A stretch of DNA of 34,860 nt. Origin: Catajapyx aquilonaris (taxonomy: Eukaryota). The notes beneath the pieces were generated by a model. It ran no database searches. It had not been told where the DNA came from and worked only from the letters and a program-made list of their open reading frames with translations. Every line of letters starts with the position of its first letter. Positions within the stretch are counted from its first letter, which is position 1. The stretch lies in contig JYFJ02004110.1 of assembly GCA_000934665.2 (NCBI GenBank), positions 1 through 34,860 of the forward strand, read 5' to 3'. Below, piece by piece: positions 1 to 12,427 of this stretch. Both the position numbers and the translations under genes were made by a program.

Positions 1-85
1 ATAGCACTGCACATGGTTATAGGCTGGAAGGGAGGGATGTAACCCAAGACACTAACGGTACTAATCAAGGTTGTCACTGTTGCAG

Positions 86-1067
86 ACACAGCTGGACAAG
101 ACTCTGGATGGACCAGTGGAGGGTGTGGAACCATCATATGACATTTTTCAAGTGGTCGAGGTGCAGGCAGGAGAAAAGCAGGCAGTCGAGGTGGTAAGTG
201 TTCTTGAAACCAACTTGTTAATAATTGGGGGAAAATAATGATATTGCATGCAATCAATTAAAAAATGAAATCATATTTTTGTGTTATTACATGAGAAGAT
301 CGCATGGTTTTGCCAAACACATAATTTGATAAATGCAACTGTTCCAAATGTATGGTTTCTGTATGTTGAGTACATTATTATTTTATTATATTTTTGTATT
401 TATTTTATTATTTATTATTTTATTATTTATTTTTTCATACCCCGTGCTCGAGCCTTTCGCTCCCTTGGTGGATTACCGCCATTGGATGGGACCAGGGATA
501 GGGAAGGAAGGAAGCGGCTGTGGCCAATTTTTACGGAAACGAGCCCAGAATTGTCTGGAGGGGACCATGGAAAACCACAGCAAACCCTAGTCGGGGTCGC
601 TGGCCCCGGGATTCAAACCCAGGACCTCCCGATTAGCAGGCGGGCTCCTTATGCCCTACACCAACCTGCTTTGGTAAATTTGTAGGTATTAAAAATGTCC
701 TAATTATTTTAATAATATCCAGGTGGCACCAACTGCCAGTGCCAGTGCTGGTGGCAGCAAAGAAGTCCCAGGCAGACGAACTAGCCGGAGGAACCCCTGG
801 ACTCGGCGCCGTCATCCCGACAAGTCAGGACCAACTCCTCGGGCTGTGGCTGCCAACCGCCTCTCCTCCCTGACTGCGACTAAAATTGCATATTATAAGC
901 AAAAAATAGAACAGGAAAGAGCCAGCCACGAACTGCAGGTGAAGGAGAGGACGTTACTGCTGGAGGTGGAGATCGAGCAGAGGAAAGAGCGCCATGCTGC
1001 TGAAATGGAGCTCATGAAAATGAAAATTGAGAACGAAAAAGAACTCCACAAGAAGAGAATGATTTAA
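86..1067 (+). CDS. 3' exons (86-193, 723-1067) of the putative Myb/SANT-like accessory gene of the Harbinger element (partial)
   Basis: ttgcAG acceptor before 86, GTAAGT donor at 194, cAG acceptor before 723. Phase-0 join reads ...EKQAVEV|VAPTASAS... and ends in a charged coiled coil (KIAYYKQKIEQERASHELQVKE...). Convergent with the transposase. The Myb domain itself is not in the window, so identity is inferred from context. Confidence 0.6.
375..673 (-). mobile_element. tRNA-derived SINE with Deu/Nin-like central domain, inserted in an intron of the Harbinger accessory gene
   Basis: Minus strand: tRNA-like head with B box GGTTTGAATCC (619-609); core GTGGTTTTCCATGGTCCCCTCCAGACAATTCTGGG...AATTGGCCACAGCCGCTTCCTTCC resembling the Deu/Nin SINE domain; 3' stem-loop, then an A-rich (TAAA-like) tail at 436-375. 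Confidence 0.8.
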
Positions 1068-1543
1068 AGAAAATAAATATCTGAGAGGATAATTGAAATT
1101 ATGTAGCATATTTTTATTAGTTGCGGTAATAACCTGTCCATACCAGTTTCAAGATAGAATCCAAGTCAATGTAGATCGAAAAGAGACAAACCTTAGCAAT
1201 CATCCTGTGTTTTGAATTTGACCCAAGACTATCATCCAAATACATAAATTAACACAACTGTACTATATCGCTCAAAAACATGAGACGATTTTGCATGTTA
1301 CTCAAGTGCTGCCTGCACTTGAATCAAATGCAAAATTGTCTCTTTATGTTTTTGAGCGATATAGTACATATGAATATCAGTTGCACTACAAAAGAAAATT
1401 TTCGGTATGAAGAGGTTAAAAAATGGTCAGACATCACTTGGCAGTTACCAAAATATTTTAATGAAACATTAAAATAGCAAAACAAACAAAAGGCAATATG
1501 ACAGACAGATTACCCCTCTCCTTATGAAAATATCTAACTATGC

Positions 1544-3099
1544 CTACAGAGAAAAGTGCCCGTCAATTAGGAGCCGCTGCTTGGGTACCAAAGCAGCAGG
1601 AGGAGGAACATTCGGTGTGTCCACTTCTTCATATTCTGTCCATTTCCCTCGTCTTCTGCACTCCTCAATAAATCCGTGCATTTCCACATCATCCGGGGGG
1701 TCCTCTTCATGGAAGGTCACAGCTATGTTGTGGAGCACAACACACGCCACAATGACAGGCAGGATGTTGTCCAGCCGTATACGCATGCCATACTTCAGGC
1801 ATGCGAACCTCCTCTTCAAGAGACCGTTAACCCGCTCTATGCAATTGCGAGCTAACACGTGTGCCCTGTTGTATTCACGTTCCGCAGCTGATGAAGGTAC
1901 CTCCAGCGGTGTCATCATGTATGACGTTAGGCCATAGCCACCATCTCCAATAAGATGGCCATCTCCTAATCCACCCGCCTCGCATACGGCCTTCATTCTG
2001 GAGGAGTTGAAGATGGTGCTGTCATGCACAGAACCGGGCCACCGGGCAACAACGTTGCTGATTAGCAGGCCAGGATCTGTCACCAACTGCACGTTAATAG
2101 AGAAATAACCTTTCCTGTTTCTGTACAGCTCTGCATCCTCCCCGCCTGGCGACTGGATGGGAATATGGGTGCAATCTATTGCACCCAAGCAGCCAGGAAA
2201 TTCGCTAACCTCATAGAACAACTTTTTGGTCACTCTCCTCTCCTCCTCCGTTGTGGGCAGCTTTGAGTATTTGGGGCGGAGGCGTGCAATGACATCAGTA
2301 ACGCGGTGGATAATTCGGCATGCCGTGCTCTTATGTACCCCAAATAAATCTCCCACAACCGACTGGAACGTCCCAGTTGCATAATAGCGCAAGGCTAAAA
2401 GCAGCTGGTTGAGAGGTGGAAGGCTCTGGTTGCAGTCCGTTGGGTATTCCAAATGCTCTTCAACCTGTCAGTGGAGATGACATTTCATAAATTTGTGTCT
2501 TCCATAGACAATATGTGTGCAATATTTACTTCACAATCACACTGAAATGTGCTAGAGAAAGTTCCATAATGGATACCTTGAAATCAGTATGTAATGAAGA
2601 AGGGTTCAACAGACTGCCATAAAAAATATGGTTGCATTTTATTTACATAATTGTCAGTGTTGTGTTCTTTCAAGTCTTTTGGACATACAGTACCTTGTAG
2701 CAATGTCCTAGAATTAACATTCTATCTCTGTACAGTGTTTATATTGCATAAAAAGGCAGCAAGACACATTTTTTGGAACAGCTTCCATTCACTATCCAAG
2801 CTATATTCCCCACAAAATGCAAGCCCAGTGCGTATACTACGCTGAATTTACACGCCTGGCAAAGGTGGCATGTGTTTTCTTACCTCTGACAACAAGTGCA
2901 GGACTGTAGTTTTACTCAGGCGAAACCTAGCCCTGAATTCATCGCCGTTGTACATTTCAAAGGGCTGGCAGCGAGTGCGATGAACTCTCGCATCTTGGAA
3001 CATGCTGAGATGGGTCAACATCAATCTCTCGTCGTCGTCGGAGTCCGACGATGAGCTGCAGCTGTCCGCCACGTACGGATCGGGCAAAGCGACGGCCAT
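1544..3099 (-). CDS. HARBI1-like DDE transposase, two exons (3099-2884, 2464-1544), 378 aa, apparently intact
   Basis: Exon 1 (72 codons) ends at GAG|GTAAG and exon 2 starts after CAG, giving FRARFRLSKTTVLHLLSE|VEEHLEYPT. Motifs LALRYYATG, GAIDCTHI, NRKGYFSINVQ, ARWPGSVHDS, IGDGGY, RNCIERVNGLLKRRF are present with no stops or frameshifts. Confidence 0.95.
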
Positions 3100-4947
3100 G
3101 ATTCCTCACCACACCCCTCGGGACCGACTGGTTAAGGTGGAGCGAACGCCCCCTCCTCCTTAAAAACCTGAGTGAAAAGCTTCCAGCTGGTACAAGGTTG
3201 CCTGCTTTACATGTGGCAGAGTTGCCACCTGGTGTCACACAGTACCCAAAATCCCAAGCACCAGTCCGCAACCATGACGACATCCATAAACCCGCGGTAT
3301 AAGCAACTTGTGCTGCAGGATCGGCGGGTAGATGGATCGGGCGGTAAATGGGAGGGAGAACGGGCCGTTTTAGAACAACCGTAGGTGGCGCAACACTTCT
3401 CGCGGTATACCGGAGTCAAAACCCGCCGTTTTCCATATACCGTGACTGGTGCAACCGGCCATTAATCTATATAAGAATAATGTTGGTTTTTAGTTTGTCT
3501 TCTGGGAAAAGTCTGTTATGTTTCTTTGTTTGCAAGAAAAATGGATATTTTTTTGGACTGTTGTTTGTTTAGCCATGCACGGATAATCTGCACCCAGATG
3601 ATCGGGAGTACAGTCTATTTATAATCAGTATTTATTGGGTAATGACTTGACTCGACACTGACTGAGTATTAATTTTGCCCATTTTCTCATTTACAGGTTG
3701 TGCAAGTAATGTATGTGCTGTCAAAGCCCCAGACAATGCTGCCAGTGTGGCAGCAAGCTTACCAACTGATCCTTGGTTTTTGTTGGACACACTCTGAGCT
3801 TACTACCTGCCAGATCAAGAAACTGGATGCTGGAGGGTGGTTCCAGAACTGACATTGCCATATGTCAACATAGAGAGTCAGCGATCTTCGTCCTTTGGTC
3901 AAGCCTTCTTCTAGAGTTCCACCTGAATTAACTAACAACCTATTGATATGATACCTACCCTGCCTTGCTCCAGTGATGTTCCCTTCTGCAAGCAGATGCC
4001 TGCCTGGTTTCCATGCAATTCCAATCTACAGTCCTTGCTAACAACAAATGCTTGACAAAAAAGGAGACAGATCCTGAGAACAACTAACACTTTGTAAAAT
4101 CCAGTGGACTTGGTTTAACTTCTTACCAAAGGTTTTGACATAGCATGTTGCTTTAGCCATGGTAGCCATGGTAGCCATGGTTTACTGGTAGTACTTACCA
4201 CTTTCAATGAGTTGTGTATGTCAGAGTTGACTTGAGCCAAAACGAAGAGAGAACCATACTGGAGGACTGAGCAGAAGGACTTGGAGGAGCAACATGGAGA
4301 GAGAGAGAGGCCTTTGGGACAATGGGGAAGGGAAGGGCTTCAATCCCCCAACCATCAAGAGATCCCTTGCGGGATGCTGGCGGGGACAACGTGAGGGTGG
4401 CAGTTGGGAAGAAGACCCAGGGGCCTAATCCACGCCTTCTCCTTGTTCAAGACAAGATGCAACACACCATGTTGCTGCCTGTAAGGCTCACGTCTCCTCA
4501 TGTACCATTAAATAACAAGATTTAATCCAAGTTGGCCAGCACATGAGACGAGCTGCAGCAGCATCTGCATTGGGGTCAGGTATCACCTTTGGCTACATGT
4601 TGAGTGTGAAATTTCCTGCTTACTCACAAAACTAGTATCAATGGGAGGTCAGTGGCAGTGACTGACATGACCTCTTGTCTTCAAGGTTGACCAAGCAGAC
4701 ATGAAACACAGCTTGTTCTGGGTTCGTGATTCCCATCTGCGTTTGTTTTATCATTTAAGCAAGGGTCAAGAACAACCCAACCTCCATATGCCAAATGTGG
4801 GTTCAAGAGTTGTCCCACCTGTGTTTTTTTCCACCCCAACGCCGCCTGCCGGCACCTTTCGCAGCTCTTCTCGCAGAGCACTGGAAACTCGGCTCTTTCC
4901 AGAGTCCATAAGAATCCAGCCCTAAGTTGATAAAATTTCTCCTTCAA

Positions 4948-5215
4948 TCACTTGGCTCGTTTTGCAGATACGGCTTTTTTTGGCGGGACAGCAGAATGCT
5001 GCACTTGAATGATATCATTGCAATTATATGAATGTCTACTTTGTGATGTGGAAGTCTCCATGGAATGTACTTTATGAATATGTTTGCACAGGTGGTTGTT
5101 TTCTGGACACTCACACCTGTACTTGTTATGAGCACCCGAGAGTGAATTTATATACATGGGAATTCTGAACCCGGAGGACATAATTAGACCTTTTGTTTTC
5201 CAATGGGGGAAATGT
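4948..5215 (-). pseudogene. SWIM zinc-finger fragment, probably from a MULE-type transposase C-terminus
   Basis: YRCECPENNHLCKHIHKVH fits the SWIM CxC-xn-CxH pattern. Flanking sequence is not recognisable. Confidence 0.6.
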
Positions 5216-7879
5216 TCCCTGCTCTCACTTAGTCCTTGCTGTTTGCAGTTGCAGCACCAGTTACAACTGGTGCAGTAGGGTGTCATGTACGAGCAGCTGG
5301 CTGGCCGTCTGGGGTGGTTGTAGTGGATGCGTGTCCACAGCCTGCGCCTCCACGGCTTCGGTGCAATTGCCTGCGCCAGCCTGAACATAGCCCTAAACCT
5401 CCTGTCTTGCTGCCTGTTTAGCGTCCACTTTTCCGTTTTTCTGCCCTTCTTTGTGTTCTGCAATTGGTGGACAGCACGTTAGTACATGCACTGTACGTAG
5501 CCTAGGTACATTCTGTTGTTGGACTGGAGGGGCTAGAGCAGGGGTTTTAGCTGCAGGGAGGACAATCTGGCCCATACATGGGCCTAATAGCCCTGGAAGT
5601 GGGGCCGGTGGCATTCGCTGCACCACCGGTGCCGCTTGACCCATAATTGTTGTGTGTGGGACAACGTTGATTCAGAAACCAAGCTAAAAAGACAGAACAT
5701 GTAAAATTTTATGATTGTTTGTACCACATGACTCATCAGCTAAATTTGGTATGCATTTGCTGGGTTGGTGTGACAGTTTCTTATTTGTGGTAAGAGTTAC
5801 TTTTAGATACACATTCCCACACTACAATCACTTGTCAGATATACCACGACACAGCCATTAAGCTAATCTTATCTTGTGCGATCAAGTTCTCATGCGTGGG
5901 ACATGGGTCATGCATGTATTTGACCGGCCCTTGCAGTCATGATACCCCTGGCCAGGAAGAGGCTCCAGCTTGTGGTTTCGCAGCCAAAGCTGCTGCCGCC
6001 ACTTCCCCTCTTCACTTCTCCTGCAGCAGCCTCATATATCTTTCCCGGATGGCCTTCCTTACCCGAAAAGTGCAGGGTACATGGTGGTGAATCCACAATC
6101 CTACTTATTTGTTAAAGTATTATGCCATTTTTGCAGGCAAAAGGTTTGCACATGTTTCAAGCATGATAATTTTTTTTTCCTGTCATTTTTGACTAAAGTC
6201 GCATGGGCAGGTGTCATATTGTCATTCTCTATTGCCCTGAATCGTGCTTTGCCTTGGATCTGCAGCAGGGCTCCTTTTTAGTGAAAGTATCACACATGTG
6301 GTGTGGGGTACAAATTGCACAGGTAAAAAGTGGAAAAATATCTTAAAATGGCACAATGGCTAGAAGCAGCTGGTTTATTGGAGAAATGGTTTGGTTACTC
6401 TGGTTGGTGTTCAACCTGTAATCAGAAGATATGGGGTTTCTTTCGCTTATGAATGACCTTGTTTGCATGTCATTTGTTGCTTCCTCATCTCATTACCCAA
6501 GTAATCCCTGAAGTTCTTGAAATTATCAATGCCCTTGTCAATCATGTAGAGCACTTCACATTTGTTTGTTGGTCAGATGGGACTTTTTGTTCCCATGCCC
6601 ATGGGATAGCGTGAGCCATGCTGGCGTACCTGGTGAATGTGTGGGACAGCTTCTCCCAGGGACACAATTTGCGTTGTGGAACTTCCACTCGTAATCTCCC
6701 AGGCGATGCAATACTTACTAAACTTGGAGGAACGACATCTTTTGTGGGTAACCCGAGACAGGGAAAATGTCGTGCAAACTGAGTCTTGCCTTATTCCAGA
6801 CTCCACTACTTCCCACGAGGATGTGTATGAATACACAGCGTAAGTTTCGAGGGGTACATGCGTCATCCACTGCTGGATCAAGCAGATGCATGGTCATGCT
6901 GGCAGAATTCCACGTTTCCTCTCGCATAAGCTCGATATGGCACTCAAATGTTTCTTTTCTAGGAAACTGAGGAAAAGGACAACCTTCTTCCTTCCATGAT
7001 TTCTCTATCGACAACAAAGGGTACTTCGGCCCTGTACCTTTGGATGAATTGGTTATTTATTTATTAATGATTAAAAACTGCCTAATTGAGTCCAGCCCAC
7101 AAAATTAGCAATGGCAGAAGGGCCATAAAAAATTTGCTGGCGTATCCCACAAGTGTTGCAAAAAAGGAAATCTTGAGATTCCAAACAGCTGGAGCACACC
7201 TGTTCTGAAACTACCAGATTCACCCCATGCAACCACGTGTTCTTGACTGGTGGTGGTCCTGTGTGGTCTCCATATCAAAGAAAATGTAGAGAAAGCTACA
7301 GTTATTGTTGTTACTTCCCCTTCCTCTCGGGCTGCCCACACCACGGTGTCAGCAGATGCTCAGGCACATACTTCTCCAGTGTGTGCAGCTCGGGTGTTGT
7401 ATACTTCTGGATGTAACAAAGGTGACCTCCCATCACCATGGTCTTACACGCCTTCCAGTACCTCTCCCCACAACGGTGTCAGGAGCCTTGTTTTCTCTTC
7501 CACATATCCACTAGCATTGAACATTTTTTACACATAAATAGGCTTTCGCGAAGGGAGAGACTGGTTATACCGACTATTACTACCACTAGTATTAACCTAA
7601 GGTAAACAGCAAGTCAAATCCTATACTTAAAATGCTCCACATACATATTGGAAACAATTATTGCGACGAAAGTGTAAGGCAGCTTGGGGTACGTGGTGCG
7701 GGAAGTGGAATATTGTAGGGGATAAGGAATGGTGTGACATGGTGGATAAATTAGGATCTCGAAGCGAGGCATGCGAGATTAGGCTGGCATTAAAGCAGCA
7801 TTCTTTTCCTCTACTTGCTACAACAAATTTTCATCTTTCTCCCTCGTCCTCGCTGATTGGTAGAATGTATGTCCACAGA

Positions 7880-8345
7880 GAGTGCTTTGCTTTCGCAATA
7901 GACCTTGTCTTCACTAACAACCTGAGCATGAACACTTGAAGGTCGCGGCACTCCTCCCACCAGTCGGCGTGCCCTGCTTCATTGGTAGCCCGCTCCAGCT
8001 AACTCCAAAGCTTCTTCATTATTCCCCTTTCTAATAGCCATTTTCGATAACCTAACCTGAAGGCTTTCAATTGGGTATGGACCACTGCTGCCAACTTCTC
8101 TGACGGCGCGATGCGACCTCCACATATGTATGTTTATATGCCTTGCATGATACATATGTCATCTCCCGGGTGTTGCTGGCTTCACTGGACGTGTCCTGAA
8201 TCATAGCACGACACTTGCTGCACTTGCTGCGGGCAAGGCATTTCCTAGCCATATAGCCGCTGAAATATTGGCATGCGTTGACATCTGCGATACCTGCCGA
8301 GGTCTTTTTGACTTGGTTGATGATGTCATCCTGCGCCTCTTCCAT
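7880..8345 (-). pseudogene. P-element/THAP9-type transposase C-terminal fragment
   Basis: NACQYFSGYMARK...CSKC...VSCKAY, then after a frameshift GGRIAPSEKL...KGIMKKLWS*...WWEECRDLQVFMLRLLVKTR. Matches the Y-x-[AS]-GY, CxxC and GG-x-x-x-PS pattern of P transposase C-termini. Confidence 0.7.
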
Positions 8346-8378
8346 GGTGCGTGCTGTACCCCGAGCTGTATTGTGTCC

Positions 8379-8436
8379 CTCTGACTGGTATGGCGGCTTC
8401 AATTCTCCTGCAACTGTGCCTCTTCTCTTTTAACCT
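8379..8436. repeat. Dispersed 58-bp direct repeat, copy 1 (copy 2 at 21580-21637)
   Basis: CTCTGACTGGTATGGCGGCTTCAATTCTCCTGCAACTGTGCCTCTTCTCTT is identical for 51 bp, followed by one mismatch and then TAACCT. Flanks are unrelated. Confidence 0.95.
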
Positions 8437-8537
8437 CTTCTTGTGCCCGAAGAAGGAGAAACCAGATTAGATTAGGCAATCGCATTGTCGCAAAAATATA
8501 TACTACCTCTCTTTCGATGGTGTATGAAGACTATGAA

Positions 8538-9445
8538 CTATGAAGGGACTAACCTCTGCAGTTCAATGGTGCAGCGAGACGTAGCAGTTCCTTGGGGCTG
8601 AACTGCTGACACCGCAGCTGTGTCCAGCATGTTCCATGCCGACAGGTTCTGTTCAGTGCTGCTCTGCTCCTGATGCTGGATGTTGGTGGATGTGTTGGTG
8701 TCATTTCCGCCCAGATTCTGGTGCTCCATCAACTTGGCCCTCTCCACCATTACAGAGAGGATATCACGTTTGACCCTTGCTTCAACGGACTCTCCCCCAG
8801 CAAACCCCAGCAGCTTAAAGCGTGGGTCCAGGAAAGTGCAGAAAGACAACGTCTTTGAATTTTGCACATTCCCGGTGCGCTTTTCTAAGGCCGCCTGGAG
8901 AGATTCCACCAATTTCTGGAGCAAAGGACTCTCCCACATCTTCTCCCGTAATGTCTGGCATACATCTGCCAGCCCATTCACAAGGACGATCACTTGGGAT
9001 CCTGAAACGTATTTCTCTCCGCAAAGATGCCTCGTTACCTCCTCAAATGGCATCAGAATGTCACAGAGATGATGACAAAGGTGCCACTCTTCGGCGGAGA
9101 TGGTAGGCAGCGTCACGTCAATCATCCCCATTGTGCTACGCAGAGGTTTCTCCAGCTCCACAAATCTCCGCAGCATGTAGAAGACTGAATTCCACCGCGT
9201 CTGAACTGACTATCATCCTCTTTGGTGGGTTTATTCCGAATCTACTTTGATTGTCTTTAAGTTTCACATATGAAACTGTGCTCCTCTTAAAGTGACCCAC
9301 GATGATTTTCACTTTTTCTATTATTCCCTGCACAACCCCGAGTGAATCCTGCATGACCAGGTTTAGAGTGTGGGCAAAACATCCAAGGTGCTTTTCTTTC
9401 ATGTGATCCTTGATCGCAGATGTAATATTTGTTGCGTTGTCTTTC
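8538..9445 (-). pseudogene. hAT (Ac/ZBED1-like) transposase internal fragment
   Basis: DNATNI, HLGCFAHTLNLV, IVGHFKRS, a frameshift near 9210, then TRWNSVFYMLRRF, EEW...LMPFEEVT, LDPRFK. Truncated at both ends. Confidence 0.92.
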
Positions 9446-9451
9446 TGCAAG

Positions 9452-10405
9452 TGCTTTCAGGAACCACGTACTATTATCGGCTGCTCTCACCTGGAGGTCC
9501 GAGTAGCAGCTGTTTGACTTGAGTAGAGAAACTGTGACAGGCTTGCATTTGATGATGTAACATACCTCACCACGTGTGAACGCTGTGTACCCTGGTTCGT
9601 TGCTCATAAGGGCATAAGCGAACTCATCAGGGTTGATGTAGGCCAGGGATTGCAGTGTTCTTAGTGTTTGCTGCCGATCCTGGCACTGTTGCTTCTTCAT
9701 AATTCCGTACATTCGCCCTATCTCAGATCCCAGGTGTTGCTCAAGGAATACGAACTTTGAATTATAATAATAAGCAGCCATATTGACATTCAAGGTGAGG
9801 ATCGACTGTTTTTTGAAGATGAACCCATTAGTCCCCTCAGGTATCAGAACTAGTTGGGGATGCTCCATACGAAAGACATGTTGATTGCACATCACGTCAC
9901 CATCACCCATCTCAACAGCGAAGGCCGTCCCATCGTCTTGGCCAATAGCAACCTTCCTCCCCTTCTCGGGATCAATCACCCTCACCTCTCCTTCATACAG
10001 CACATCAATTGATTGCCCATCACAGAGCGTGGGTGCTTGTGCAGTCCAGAAGGTCTATCCCAAGAAATCGTCCATGCAGTTCTCTTTCTTGTATTCACAC
10101 CTTGCTCCAGACGGCAGCACTGCCTCGTTCTTCTTCCGGTCGATGGTGATCCAATAATCCGAAAGGCGGATTGTTAGATAAACCTCAACAACCACATTCT
10201 TGTACACATACCCGTCAATATTGTAGTCACCTCCAGAGCATTCACCAGATGCTGAGTCGGTATGTCCCACGATGACAAGGGAGGCATGTGTCGTGATGTT
10301 GAGCGGGCTGTCGATAGGACGCAGGCTGGTTCAGTAGCGATAGACTCCAGTCCTAGTAAACATCTCGCATTCGTGTCGCGTATGTTCCTTTCTGTACGTA
10401 TTGAC
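9452..10405 (-). pseudogene. Endogenous viral element: chuvirus-like (Chuviridae/Jingchuvirales) glycoprotein fragment
   Basis: One frame with two internal stops: ...GECSGGDY...YKNVVVEVYLTIRL...LPSGARC...CMDDFLG*TFW...DVLYEG...MEHPQL...AYYYNSKFVFLEQH...QQC...LAYINPDEFAYALM...PGYTAFTRGEVCYIIKCKPVTV...CYSDLQV. Motif order matches chuviral G proteins as I know them. Confidence 0.85.
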
Positions 10406-10589
10406 TGGATTCTGCTGCTGCTGCATTCGCGCCAGGGCACATGATTTCCACTGTGGCATTGTCAGCTACGCGCCCATCTGCTCAGAATCCTCAGATAGTC
10501 GCTCTCATTATCATAAGAAATTATTTTTACCTGTGCTTGAGGAGAGGTAAGGATAAATTGCTTATCCACGAAGAGACCACAGAGCTTTG

Positions 10590-10900
10590 TTTGAAGCCAT
10601 GCTTCTCCTGCAGCTCTCTTCTGGCTTCCGACTCCGTGTCCAGGCCGTGCCTCATGTCGGCTGTGCAAGAAGCGCCATATATAATTCTGCGCATAGTTTT
10701 TTTTTTCTGCAACTGGTTGTGGGCCTCATGTGGCACACTGTCCCGTGGTGCGAAGCAGATAGCCTCTTCCGTCTCTCCGTGCCCCAGAAGCTGGTGCGAA
10801 GCTGCATTTGCTTAGCGTCTATGAGCTTCATTTCTTCATCGGTGAGGTTTAATTGGCTCAAGTATGCGCATTTTTCCCTGCAGGTCATTATCAGGAAAAT
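10590..10900 (-). pseudogene. YqaJ-like exonuclease domain, N-terminal fragment (transposon-associated)
   Basis: Q...FWGTERRKRLSASHHGTVCHMRPTTSC, then a frameshift in a homopolymer run to IIYG...ADMRHGLDTESEARRELQEK. Typical YqaJ W-x3-R-x2-R-L-[ST]-AS and M-x-x-G-x3-E motifs. Confidence 0.75.
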
Positions 10901-12156
10901 CTGTTATTCCTACAGAGCCATAGCCCTGATTTGACATTATTTATTGACTCTCTTCACAGTACATTTGATTGAAAAGTCGGGTTGCTTTTTGGCTGTACAT
11001 GTTTTTCCGCATAGGCCTCTCACCAACATTCAGCTCCATCAGCATTCTGTGAACATGAGAAAAAAAGTTTACTGTTGAGTATTCAAATGTGTTAAGCAAC
11101 AGGTTATGCTATCAGCCATAGTTTTGAGTAACAATACACGTCCTTCATATGTCCATTATTTGGACATTTTGATGAAGTGAAATCACAAACATTTTTATTA
11201 AGTGAGGCTCAGCAGAAGATGTACTCTCTGAAAATTATGAATACTTTTCTTCGTTGTATGTAGGCCTATATGACCCATACCTGCAGCTATAGATGCATAT
11301 AAGTCCTGACATGATGCTGTTTGAAATGATTGGTAACATATTTATCTAAGCTTCATTTTTCTCTGGCAGTACAGTAATAGGAAATTTCTGGGCCGTATAA
11401 ATGTTACTGATGATGATAATTAACATAAAAGTCTAGTGCCATTAGCCATTATTCCCTTGGAATTCCTATTATACTGTATATGCCATGATAGATCAGTTTA
11501 TATAGGGATTATTACCTCCAATATCCTATTTCGTCTTTTCTCACTGATGCGATTGTCCTTTAGACGTCCCCTTGCCCTCAGGCCATGGTCCCTCGACAGC
11601 GACTTCAAATAAGTCTGGATTACTCCTAAAAGGTAAAGAAAGTCCATATATATATTCAACGCTGCAGGTGCAGAACATTCACTATCTAGCTGGGCCCAAT
11701 GACAGAATTTTTGTCATATTGGTGGTTACTATGTGCATGCTCCCCCAGCAATCCCGGGATCACTAATTCACTAACTATGCACTATGATGTTTGTTGGGTA
11801 CCGTCAAAGTCTAAGGGCTTGTCCCTCATAGGCCGGCGGGCAGGCCCGCCTTTTTTTACCACGACGATTGACCAATTTTGGAAGCACCCACTGCACACAG
11901 AACGTGATGGCTTTGGGACTGATTCATGAGGGGAGGCGGGCGGCCTGAATTGGGCAGGGCCAGCAGGTCAGCCCGGAGTCCGGCCAGAATGGATCGTTCC
12001 ATCGGACACCCGGTAAGGAGCTGGGTAGGTGCCGGAGGGCCCGAGTCCATTTTGGGCTTGAGGGCCTCATCCCGGGCCATCATAATTTTGGCCCAACTGG
12101 TTTCGAGGTCCGACAGGGTCAATGTCTTTCAAGCGGGCCGTGCCTGGGGGGCACGA

Positions 12157-12427
12157 ACTCCATAAGTCGCTCACGTGGCTCTCCAGTTTCTAGAACATAT
12201 CGAATCACAATTGTTAGTTGATCCACATGGGATATGTCAGGAGTTGAATCCACGGTTAAGGAAAAGTACTCCCGTCTTCTCAATTTCAACACAAATACGT
12301 TTCAAGACCTTGTCAGCCATTAATTACATGAATTCGTTGCAGACATTCCTTGATAAGTAACTGGTGTTTCCACTACCCTGGTTTCCATATTTTTCAATAT
12401 GCTTGGCTAAGGAAGGGTCGAACTGCT
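12157..12427 (-). pseudogene. ZMYM1-like hAT transposase fragment (DUF4371 region)
   Basis: Manual translation: QFDPSLAKHIEKYGNQGSGNTSYLSRNVCNEFM*LMADKVL, frameshift, YFSLTVDSTPDISHVDQLTIVIRYV...PRERLMEFV. Confidence 0.88.

Larger units (their letters stand above)
1..3461 (-). mobile_element. PIF/Harbinger DNA transposon; one terminus present, the other lies before the window start
   Basis: Intact HARBI1-like transposase plus a convergent second gene, the canonical two-gene Harbinger layout. Terminus-like sequence TGGTGCAACCGGCCA at 3447-3461 is followed by TTA (3462-3464), matching the TWA target site of Harbingers. The partner TIR cannot be checked. Confidence 0.85.

Noticed and set aside
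600..673. tRNA-like sequence
   Set aside because: It is the SINE head, continuous with the SINE core and tail; no complete cloverleaf is evident.
281..685. 134-aa plus-strand ORF with a hydrophobic stretch
   Set aside because: It reads through the AT-rich SINE tail and the SINE antisense strand inside an intron; not a gene.
4154..4180. (TAGCCATGG)x3 tandem repeat
   Set aside because: Short local slippage duplication with no spacers; not CRISPR-like.
7530..7560. AAATAGGCTTTCGCGAAGGG similar to 30721-30739 in the LINE
   Set aside because: The match is about 20 bp and does not extend; insufficient to call a second LINE copy.
9287..10003. 238-aa ORF as a functional glycoprotein-hAT fusion
   Set aside because: Past ~9450 the G frame runs out of frame through the hAT sequence, and the upstream G frame has stops.
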